NCBI GenBank assembly: GCA_002269645.1
Contig: NIVC01001631.1
Location: forward strand, 27,886 to 91,885
Length of the DNA stretch: 64,000 nt
Origin: Macrostomum lignano
Lineage: Eukaryota
Direction: 5' to 3'
Shown in pieces: positions 10,901 through 22,900 of the stretch (position 1 is the first letter of the stretch; each line of letters begins with the position of its first letter). The position numbers and the translations under genes are program-made. The notes beneath the pieces were generated by a model. That model did not search any database. It was not told the DNA's origin and saw only the letters and a list, made by a program, of their open reading frames with translations.

Positions 10901-13900
10901 GACAGACAGTAGTGGGAGAGTGACAGGCAGTAGTGAGAGAGTGACAGACAGTAGTGGAGAGTGACAGGCAGTAGTGAGAGAGTGACAGGCAGTAGTGAGA
11001 GAGTGACAGGCAGTAGTGAGAGAGTGACAGACAGTAGTGAGAGAGTGACAGACAGTAGTGGGAGAGTGACAGGCAGTAGTGAGAGAGTGACAGACAGTAG
11101 TGGGAGAGTGACAGACAGTAGTGGGAGAGTGACAGGCAGTAGTGGGAGAGTGACAGGCAGTAGTGAGAGAGTGACAGACAGTAGTGGGAGAGTGACAGGC
11201 AGTAGTGGGAGAGTGACAGGCAGTAGTGGGAAAATGATAGACACTACCGCTTCACAGAATCACAGAATCACAGTACTGGAGCTGGAGAGCGACAGACAGA
11301 CAGACAGAAAGACAGCAGAGAGTGACAAAGGACAGAATCACAGAACTGGAGCTGGAGAGTGACAGACAGACAGACAGACAGCAGAGAGTGACAAAGGACA
11401 GAATCACAGAACTGGAGCTGGAGAGCGACAGACAGGCAGACAGCAGAGAGTGACAAAGGACAGAATCACAGAACTGGAGCTGGAGAGCGACAGACAGGCA
11501 GACAGCAGAGAGTGACAAAGGACAGAATCACAGAACTGGAGCTGGAGAGCGACAGACAGGCAGACAGCAGAGAGTGACAAAGGACAGAATCACAGAACTG
11601 GAGCTGGAGAGTGACAGACAGGCAGACAGCAGAGAGTGACAAAGGACAGAATCACAGAACTGGAGCTGGAGAGCGACAGACAGGCAGACAGCAGAGAGTG
11701 ACAAAGGACAGAATCACAGAACTGGAGCTGGAGAGCGACAGACAGGCAGACAGCAGAGAGTGACAAAGGACAGAATCACAGAACTGGAGCTGGAGAGCGA
11801 CAGACAGGCAGACAGCAGAGAGTGACAAAGGACAGAATCACAGAACTGGAGCTGGAGAGTGACAGACAGGCAGACAGCAGAGAGTGACAAAGGACAGAAT
11901 CACAAAACTGCAGCAGCCCGGAAGGAATGCCAGGCAAACGCAGCGGAGGAAGCCGGCAATTTGCTGGGATGAAAAGGAAGCTGGGGCCTCAGCTTGCGCA
12001 CCGGACCGGATGAGCAAACGACGAGCATGGCAGGAACTTGGAGATAATTATTTCCAGCACTCCTTTGCACCCTGTTATTATCCCCCGTCTCGAGAGGTCA
12101 CCTGAGCAGTCTGGAGCTGCAGCACTCGCTGGTAATAAGTTTCCACCCAGACAGGCGAACTCACCAGTTCGGTCATGCAGCAGGATGTCCAGCTTAATAA
12201 TTTCGTTCTCGTCCGCCTCTCCGATCATCCGGTTCCACTCGTTCAGCACCCTCAGGTCCAGCGACAGGCCGGAGAGCGGGCCCCGGGACAGCAGCGGGCT
12301 GTCCTCGGACTTCCTGAGGGTGCAGAAGCAAATCGAGCTCGCTTGGATGTGAAGTTCGGTATCAGGTACCTGCTGACCTGTCTGAGGTACCTGCTGACCT
12401 GTCTGAGGTACCTGCTGATCTGTCTAAGGTACCTGTTGACCCGTCTGAGGTACCTGCTGACCTGTCTGAGGTACCTGCTGACCCGTCTGAGGTACCTGCT
12501 GACCCGTCTGAGGTACCTGCTGACCTGTCTGAGGTACCTGCTGACCCGTCTGAGGTACCTGCTGACCTGTCTGAGGTACCTGCTGACCTGTCTGAGGTAC
12601 CTGCTGACCTGTCTGAGGTACCTGCTGACCTGTCTGAGGTACCTGCTGATCTGTCTAAGGTACCTGTTGACCCGTCTGAGGTACCTGCTGACCTGTCTGA
12701 GGTACCTGCTGACCCGTCTGAGGTACCTGCTGACCTGTCTGAGGTACCTGCTGACCTGTCTGAGGTACCTGCTGACCTGTCTGAGGTACCTGCTGACCTG
12801 TCTGAGGTACCTGCTGACCTGTCTGAGGTACCTGCTGACCTGTCTGAGGTACCTGCTGACCTGTCTGAGGTACCTGTTGACCCGTCTGAGGTACCTGCTG
12901 ACCTGTCTGAGGTACCTGCTGACCCGTCTGAGGTACCTGCTGACCTGTCTGAGGTACCTGCTGACCTGTCTGAGGTACCTGCTGACCTGTCTGAGGTACC
13001 TGCTGACCTGTCTGAGCGCCAATACGACCCCCTAGACACGGCTCTCACCCGGTGTGAAACTGGCCATCGGGTCGCCCACCGGCAGGCCGACCTCCGAGCC
13101 GGCACCGCTCTCGGGCACCCGGCATTCGATGTCGACGATAATGTCCGGGTAGGTGTGAAAGTTGCGGTCCCACATGACCTTCAGAGTGGCTTCCAGCACC
13201 TGATATGTCTGGAATTCGGGCACAGGAAATGCTTTGTTAGCGACAGGACTGCTTACCCAACTGCCTACCCAACTGTCTACCCGACTGTCCACCCGACTGT
13301 CTACCCAACTGTCTACCCAACTGCCTACCCGACTGTCTACCCAACTGTCTACCCCACTGTCTAACCAACTGTCTACCCAACTGTCTACCCCACTGTCTAC
13401 ACAACTGTCTACCTATTTACCCAACCTTTCACTTCTTACCCGACCCTGATGCCTACCTATCGCCTACACGATTGGCTACCAGACTGTCTACCAAAATTGC
13501 CTACTGAACTGCGACTATTTAACTGTCTACGAGACGGTCTACCTAACTGTCTAATGATTGCCCACTCATTGTATATTAAACGTCTACCTAACTGTCCACC
13601 TGTCTACACAAAATTCTAGGCAAAACTCTACTAAACTGTCCACTAAATCGTGTACTATACTGTCTACCAAATCGTCTACTAAACTTTCCACCAAATCGTC
13701 TACTAAACTGTCCACAAAATCGTCTACTAAACTGTCCACCAAATCGTCTACTAAACTGTCCACCAAATCGTGTACTAAACTGTCCACCAAATCGTCTACT
13801 AAACTGTCCACCAAATCGTCTACTAAACTGTCCACCAAATCGTCTACTAAACTGTCTACCAAATCGTCTACTATACTGTCTACCAAATCGTCTACTAAAC

Positions 13901-16900
13901 TGTCCACCAAATCGTCTACTAAACTGTCTACCAAATCGTCTACTAAACTGTCCACCAAACCGTCTACTAAACTGTCTACCAAATCGTCTACTAAACTGTC
14001 CACCAAATCGTCTACTAAACTGTCTACCAAATCGTCTACTATACTGTCTACCAAATCGTCTACTAAACTGTCCACCAAATCGTCTACTAAACTGTCTACC
14101 AAATCGTCTACTAAACTGTCCACCAAATCGTCTACTAAACTGTCTACCGAACCGTCTACTAAACTGTCCACCAAATCGTCTACTAAACTGTCTACCAAAC
14201 CGTCTACTAAACTGTCCACCAAACCGTCTACTAAACTGTCTACCAAACCGTCTACTAAACTGTCCACCAAATCGTCTACTAAACTGTCCACCAAACCGTC
14301 TACTAAACTGTCCACCAAACCGTCTACTAAACTGTCCACCAAACCGTCTACTAAACTGTCCACCAAACCGTCTACTAAACTGTCCACCAAATCGTCTACT
14401 AAACTGTCCACCAAACCGTCTACTAAACTGTCCACCAAACCGTCTACTAAACTGTCCACCAAACCGTCTACTAAACTGTCCACCAAACCGTCTACTAAAC
14501 TGTCTACCAAACCGTCTACTAAACTGTCTAGATTTACGAGCCCGTAAAAAATTCGTAGAAACAGTTTGCTCAGTAAACTACTCAATTGCCTACCTAACTG
14601 TCTACCCGGCTGTCTACCCAAATGCCTACCCAACAGCCGGACCCCACATTACCGGGTAGCGAGTCCGCTGAACTATCCCCCTGCCGCAGGCGCTGTTCGA
14701 GTCCAGCGCCAGGATGGCCGTGTAAACTCCATCTGGGGTCGGGTGCAGCCGGCACACCTGCTGCTGCTGCTGCAGGCTGCCGTAGCTCCCGATGAAGGCT
14801 GTGGAATTCTTGCTGGTCAACCTTTCTCTTAGCTGGTCATAGGGAGGGTTGTCGTAGTTGGGGTCGAACTTTACCACCATCTTTTTGGAGTGACAGCTCA
14901 CGGACACTGATGAGGAGACAGAGGATTTGGGATGCTGGTGTTCGCTGAGCTCATTGATTTAGTAAAATGCTGTTAGAATACCGTTAGAGCCTGAAATAAC
15001 TCGTGCTGTAAATGACTGTCTCTGATTCTGTAAATGACTGTCTGATTCTGTAAATAGCTGTCTCTGATTCTGTAAATGACTGTCTGATTCTGTAAATAGC
15101 TGTCTCTAATTCTGAAAATGACTGTCTCTGATTCTGTAAATAACTGTCTAATTCTGTAAATTTCTTTCAGATTCTGTAAATGACTGTCTGATTCTGTAAG
15201 TGCCTGTCTGATTCTGTAAATGTCTGTTTTAGGCCTGTAGGGTGTTCCTTGAGACTATAAGATACCGTAAACTACCTTCTGAACCTGTAAAATACTGTAA
15301 TTGAGAATTTCGCTAATCCTTGAACAGTCTGTATTCGAAAGTAACTATACTGAAGCCGTGACAGCTTACAGTCAGGACACGTGCATCGCACACGCCATCG
15401 GGCTGGCACATCTTGACGCGGTAGTGTAAAACGCCCACCCCCACCCCCCGAGGCCAGGCAGGAGTGAAAAATCCAATTCTATATTGCATTCTCTCCTTAG
15501 CCCGCTGGCCGTCCGGCGGCACCCCCTGCTGCGCCGTCGGCGCTTGTCAAGTCTCCGCGCCAGTGTCTGGGCTGCAGATGCTTATCTTTGAGAGCTGTCC
15601 GGCCGACTGGGCCACCCCCCCCCCCTGAGGCTAATCAGCACCCCCAGAGAGTTAATTCTCGTGGCTGTACAATCGCGGCTGCGTTTGCCGAAACATTTTT
15701 GTTTCAAACTGCCTGCTCTCTGATTGATGACTGGCCAGCTCTGTGGATTCTTAGTGCCGGGATAGCACTGTGGAGTCCGTGTATTCAGGTGTGTGTGTGT
15801 CAGGTGTTTTGGGTCAAAGGTGTTATTAGAATTGGTCAGGTGTGTGTGTGTGTGTCAGGTGTTTTGGGTCAAAGGTGTTATTAGATTTGGTCAGGTGTGT
15901 GTGTGTGTGTGTCAGGTGTTTTGGGTCAAAGGTGTTATTAGAATTGGTCAGGTGTGTGTGTGTGTGTCAGGTGTTTTGGGCCAAAGGTGTTATTAGATTT
16001 GGGTCAGGTGTGTGTGTGTGTGTGTGTCAGGTGTTTTGGGTCAAAGGTGTTATTAGATTTGGTCAGGTGTGTGTGTGTGTGTGTCAGGTGTTTTGGGTCA
16101 AAGGGGTTATTAGAATTGGTCAGGTGTGTGTGTGTCAGGTGTTTTGGGCCAAAGGTGTTATTAGATTTGGGTCAGGTGTGTGTGTGTGTGTGTCAGGTGT
16201 TTTGGGTCAAAGGTGTTATTAGAATTGGTCAGGTGTGTGTGTGTGTGTGTCAGGTGTTTTGGGTCAAAGGTGTTATTAGAATTGGTCAGGTGTGTGTGTG
16301 TGTGTCAGGTGTTTTGGGTCAAAGGTGTTATTAGAATTGGTCAGGTGTGTGTGTGTGTGTGTGTCAGGTGTTTTGGGTCAAAGGGGTTATTAGAATTGGT
16401 CAGGTGTGTGTGTGTGTGTGTCAGGTGTTTTGGGTCAAAGGGGTTATTAGAATTGGTCAGGTGTGTGTGTGTCAGGTGTTTTGGGCCAAAGGTGTTATTA
16501 GATTTGGTCAGGTGTGTGTGTGTGTGTGTGTGTGTCAGGTGTTTTGGGCCAAAGGTGTTATCAGAATTGGTCAGGTGTGTGGTGTGTGTGTGTGTGTGTG
16601 TGTGTGTGTCAGGTGTTTTGGGCCAAAGGTGTTATTAGAATTGGTCAGGTCAAGGGTCGGGTCAAAGTGTAACACATATTAAACATGCATTTAGAACAGC
16701 CCACACGCCTAAACCGAAAGCTCACCGTGCTGTTTTGAGCAGTACTGCTTGACAGTGGCGCCCTCCACATTCGGGGTGGACAGCCGCTTCGGACACAGAC
16801 AGCCGGTCTCGGTGGAGTTGGTGGCGGCGTAGCACTGGCCGTACTGCTTGGCGGCCTTGCATTCTCTGCAGTGCTCAGAGTCCAAGTCCAGAGTCTTGAC

Positions 16901-19900
16901 TGAGTTGGAGCAGTGGGGGTGAATTTGGTCGTTAAGATTTACCTTTATTACCATAGATACTCAAATCCAAGCGATACTCAAATCCAAGAGATACTCTAAT
17001 CCCAGAGACACTCAAATCCAAGTGATACTCAAATCCCAGAGACACTCAAATCCAATTGATACTCAAATCCAAGAGATACTCAAATCCTAGAGATACTCTA
17101 ATCCCAGGGATACTCAAATCCAAGAGATACTCAAATCCAAGAGATACTCTAATCCCAGAGACACTCAAATCCAAGTGATACTCAAATCCCAGAGACACTC
17201 AAATCCAATTGATACTCAAATCCAAGAGATACTCAAATCCTAGAGATACTCTAATCCCAGGGATACTCAAATCCCAAAGATACTCAAATCCCTGAGATAC
17301 TCAAATCCAAGGGATACTCAAATCCCAGAGATACTCAAATCCCAAAGATACTCAAATCCCAGAGATACTCAAATCCCAGAGATACTTCAATCCCAGAGAT
17401 ACTCAAATCCCAGAGATACTCAAATCCCACGGATACTCAAATCCCAAAGATACTCAAATCCCACAGACACTCAAATCCCAAAGATACTCAAATCCCTGAG
17501 ATACTCAAATCCCAGAGATACTCAAATCCCACAGATACTCAAATCCCACAGATACTCAAATCCCAGAGATACTCAAATCCCAGGGATACTCAAATCCCAA
17601 AGATACTCAAATCCCACGGATACTCACATCCCAGAGATACTCAAATCCCACAAATACTCAAATCCCACGGATACTCAAATCTCAGAGATACTCAAATCCC
17701 ACAGATACTCAAATCCCAGAGATACTCAAATCCCAGAGATACTCAAATCCCACAGATACTAAAATCCCTGAGATACTCAAGGTCCCCAAATATTCAAAGT
17801 TCACAATATCCCAGCATAACAGAACAAAGAACCCAATCCTTCACTACAAGATGCTTGCATTTGCACAGACAAGTCAGATTCTCCCGAACAAAAGCGATTC
17901 AAAACAGCCAGTCTCGCGAAAAAAGCTTCGAAATTAAAATATCGGAGGTCACCCGAGTCCACCGCAGGGTGATTAATGAGTAGCAAATAGTTTAATTGCT
18001 CAGGAGATCCCGCGAAACCGAGCGCCTTTGCTGCCAATTAAAATTGGCTCGTAGAAAGCAAAAATTAGCATTTTACCGTTCAGCCCCAGCTCTCACTTTC
18101 CCTTTCCGCGCTCTTCTCTCCAGAACTGACTGACATAAATCAATTTCGCGCGCCTCATGAATAATTAATGAGCTGAACTATAGCATAGTTGATGCTGACA
18201 AGAGGTGAGAAATTTCTACACTTTGCTGGCACTGCTCAGATGAGTCAGATTTACAACTCCCTGAGACTTTGCCAGCTCAATGACCAGCCTTGCTCAAGTG
18301 TTGTTCAACTGTCGCCCCACCTATTTAACCTGTCAATCAAGTGCTCAGTTGTTTTAAATAAGCTGAGACTTCTCATTATAACTCTGATTTTATGGTTGGG
18401 GGTTATGTGCGATGTCTGTAGTGTTGTCACGGTGTCTGTAGTGTTCTCACGGTGTCTGTAGTGTTTCTACGGTGTCTGTAGTGTTCTCACGGTGTCTGTA
18501 GTGTTCTCACGGTGTCTGTAGTGTTCTCACTGTGTCTGTAGTGTTCTCACTGTGTCTGTAGTGTTCTTACGGTGTCTGTAGTGTTCTCACTGTGTCTGTA
18601 GTGTTGTCACGGTGTCTGTAGTGTTCTCACGGTGTCTGTGGTGTTTTCACTGTGTCTGTAGTGTTCTCACGGTGTCTGTAGTGTTCTCACGGTGTCTGTA
18701 GTGTTCTCACAGTGTCTGTAGTGTTCTTACGGTGTCTGTAGTGTTCTCACAGTGTCTGTAGTGTTCTTACGGTGTCTGTAGTGTTCTCACTGTGTCTGTA
18801 GTGTTGTCACGGTGTCTGTAGTGTTCTCACGGTGTCTGTGGTGTTTTCACTGTGTCTGTAGTGTTCTCACGGTGTCTGTAGTGTTCTCACGGTGTCTGTA
18901 GTGTTCTCACTGTGTCTGTAGTGTTCTCACGGTGTCTGTAGTGTTCTCACTGTGTCTGTATTGTTCTCACTGTGTCTGTATTGTTCTCATGGTGTCTGTA
19001 GTGTTCTCACGGTGTCTGTAGTGTTCTCACGGTGTCTGTAGTGTTCTCACTGTGTCTGTAGTGTTCTCACGGTGTCTGTAGTGTTCTCACTGTGTCTGTA
19101 GTGTTCTCATGGTGTCTGTAGTGTTCTCACTGTGTCTGTAGTGTTCTCACTGTGTCTGTAGTGTTCTCACTATGTCTGTAGTGTTCTCATGGTGTCTGTA
19201 GTGTTCTCACTGTGTCTGTATTGTTCTCACTGTGTCTGTAGTGTTCTCACTGTGTCTGTAGTGTTCTCACTATGTCTGTAGTGTTCTCATGGTGTCTGTA
19301 GTGTTCTCACTGTGTCTGTATTGTTCTCACTGTGTCTGTATTGTTCTCATGGTGTCTGTAGTGTTCTCACGGTGTCTGTAGTGTTCTCACGGTGTCTGTA
19401 GTGTTCTCACTGTGTCTGTAGTGTTCTCACTGTGTCTGTAGTGTTCTCACGGTGTCTGTAGTGTTCTCACTGTGTCTGTAGTGTTCTCACTGTGTCTGTA
19501 GTGTTCTCACTATGTCTGTAGTGTTCTCATGGTGTCTGTAGTGTTCTCACTGTGTCTGTAATTTTCTCACTGTGTCTGCAGTGTTCTCACTGTGTCTGCA
19601 GTGTTCTCACGGTGTCTGTAGTGTTCTCACTGTGTCTGTAGTGTTCTTACGGTGTCTGTAGTGTTCTCACTGTGTCTGTAGTGTTCTCGCGGTGTCTGTA
19701 GTGTTCTCACTGTGTCTGTAGTGTTCTCACGGTGTCTGTAGTGTTCTCACTGTGTCTGTAGTGTTCTCACTGTGTCTGTAGTGTTCTCACGGTGTCTGTA
19801 GTGTTCTCACTGTGTCTGTAGTGTTCTCACTGTGTCTGTAGTGTTCTCACTATGTCTGTAGTGTTCTCATGGTGTCTGTAGTGTTCTCACTGTGTCTGTA

Positions 19901-22900
19901 ATTTTCTCACTGTGTCTGCAGTGTTCTCACTGTGTCTGCAGTGTTCTCACGGTGTCTGTAGTGTTCTCACTGTGTCTGTAGTGTTCTTACGGTGTCTGTA
20001 GTGTTCTCACTGTGTCTGTAGTGTTCTCGCGGTGTCTGTAGTGTTCTCACTGTGTCTGTAGTGTTCTCACGGTGTCTGTAGTGTTCTCACTGTGTCTGTA
20101 GTGTTCTCAAGGTGTCTGTAGTGTTCTTATGGACAGTGTCTGTACAAAATGTGCAAGACTAGCCAAGCTATTAAGTACATTTTTTCTTTTTTTAGCAAAT
20201 TACCTCTAAAAATTCTAGCAAAACGCGCAGCCTACTCACAGCACTCATAGTAGTGCAGCCACTGCTGGTACACGGCCACGTATCTGTCCGGGCAGCGGCA
20301 CTTTCTAATGTCGGTCTCGGTGTCTCTGGGCTTGCCGCAGATGGCCCGCTTGCTCCGGCAGAGCAACTGGCTGTCGTCGCACGGGTCGCCGATGTCGCCT
20401 TGTAAGAAGTTAAAACAAAGGAAAGAAAATTGTCTTGAGAAAAGTTTTGGAATATTTTATTCGGAAGTTTTATGTCGAAAATTCCAACTCGAAAAGTCTC
20501 CAGGCCAAAGATTCTCAAATCCCAGAGATACTCAAATCTCAGTGATACTCAAATCCCAGAGATACTCAAATCTCAGTGATACTCAAATCCCAGAGATACT
20601 CAAATCCCACAGATACTCAGATCTCAATGATACTATAATCCCAGAGATATTTAAATCCCAGAGATATTTAAATCCCAGAGATACTCATGAAAATCCCAGA
20701 GATACTCATGAAAATCCCAGAGATACTCATGAAAATCCCAGAGATACTCATGAAAATCCCAGAGATACTCATGAAAATCCCAGAGATACTCATGAAAATC
20801 CTAGAGATACTCATGAAAATCCCAGAGATACTCAAATCCCAGAGATACTCATGAAAATCCCAGAGATACTCAAATCTCAGAGATAATCAAATCTCAGAGA
20901 TACTCATGAAAATCCCAGAGATACTCAAATCTCAGAGATACTCAAATCTCAGAGATAATCAAATCTCAGAGATACTCAAATCTCAGAGATACTCGAATCC
21001 CAGAAATACTCAAATCCCAGAAATACTCAAATCCCACAGATACTCAAATCCCAGAGATACTCATGAAATCTCAGAGATACTCAAATCTCAGAGATACTCA
21101 AATCCCAGAAATACTCAAATCCCAGAGATACTCAAATCCCAGAAATACTCAAATCCCAGAGATACTCAAATCCCAGAGATACTCATGAAATCTCAGAGAT
21201 ACTCAAATCTCAGAGATACTCAAATCTCAGAGATACTCAAATCCCATAAATACTCAAATCCCAGAAATACTCTAATCCCAGAGATACTCAAATCCCAGAG
21301 ATACTCATGAAATCTCAGAGATACTCAAATCCCAGAAATACTCAAATCCCAGAGATACTCAAATCCCAGAAATACTCAAATCCCAGAAATACTCAAATCC
21401 CAGAAATACTCAAATCCCAGAGATACTCAAATCCCAGAGATACTCATGAAATCTCAGAGATACTCAAATCCCAGAAATACTCATGAAAATCTCAGAAATA
21501 CTCAAATCCTGTCTACAAACAGAGATCGCAATGAAATTAGCCTGCTCAAGCTGTTGCCTCACGGCTGCCCGAAGCCAAGCTGTCCGAGAGCGGATATGCG
21601 GGAACGAGTCCCGGCCGGGGATCGATGAAGTTGCGTGCAGAACTGATTAGAATCGGATGCTGGCAATTCCCCCACCCCCTCGATTTCTGGCGACCCCGCC
21701 CGGCAGCATTCGCTGCTCGCTCATGAGTTTGACTTGAAGCAAAGGAAGCGTAAGAAGGAGCGCGACTTGAACTCACGGAGTCTTGTTGAGCAGATCGGCT
21801 CAACCCAGGTGTCCACCTTGCCAATTCGGGCGGTGCCGCGGTTTCCGGGACAGGCGCAGCCGAGACGGAAGGTCAAGCCGCCCTCGGTCAGCACGGGCCC
21901 GGAGCTCCTGCGAGTGGGCGGGGAGGCGAGAGGGCGGTTGCTGCAGCTGTCGGGTGCGAAATCTGACGAAATTGGAGGGGAATCGAAAATACAGGGAAGA
22001 GAGGCGAGCAGAGAGGGGAAGAGAGGGGGGCATGGAGGGAAAGAGAGGCGAGCAGAGAGGGGAAGACAGGCGGGCAGAGAGGGGAAGACAGGCGGGCATG
22101 GAGCGGAAGAGAGGCGGACAGAGAGGGGAAGAGAGGCGGGCAGAGAGGGGAAGAGAGGCGGGCATGGAGCGGAAGAGAGGCGGACAGAGAGGGGAAGAGA
22201 GGCGAGCAGAGAGGGGAAGAGAGGCGGGCATGGAGCGGAAGAGAGGCGGACAGAGAGGGGAAGAGAGGCGGGCAGAGAGGGGAAGAGAGGCGAGCAGAGA
22301 GGGGAAGAGAGGCGGGCAGAGAGGGGAAGAGAGGCGGGCATGGAGCGGAAGAGAGGCGGACAGAGAGGGGAAGAGAGGCGGGCAGAGAGGGGAAGACAGG
22401 CGGGCATGGAGCGGAAGAGAGGCGGACAGAGAGGGGAAGATAGGCGGGCAGAGAGGGGAAGAGAGGCGGGCAGAGAGAGGAAAAGAGGCGGGCAGAGAGG
22501 GGAAAAGAGGTGGGCAGAGAGGGGAAGAGAGGCGGGCAGAGAGGGGAAGAGAGGCGGGCAGAGAGGGGAAAAGAGGCGGGCAGAGAGAGGAAAAGAGGCG
22601 GGCAGAGAGGGGAAGATAGGCGGGCAGAGAGGGGAAAAGAGGCGGGCAGAGAGGGGAAGAGAGTCGGGCAGAGAGGGGAAGAGAGGCGGGCAGAGAGAGG
22701 AAGATAGGCGGGCAGAGAGGGGAAGAGAGGCGGGCAGAGAGGGGAAAAGAGGCGAGCAGAGAGGGGAAAAGAGGCGGGCAGAGAGGGGAAGAGAGGCGAG
22801 CAGAGAGGGGAAGACAGGCGGGCATGGAGGGAAAGAGAGGCGAGCAGAGAGGGGAAGACAGGCGGGCATGGAGCGGAAGAGAGGCGGACAGAGAGGGGAA

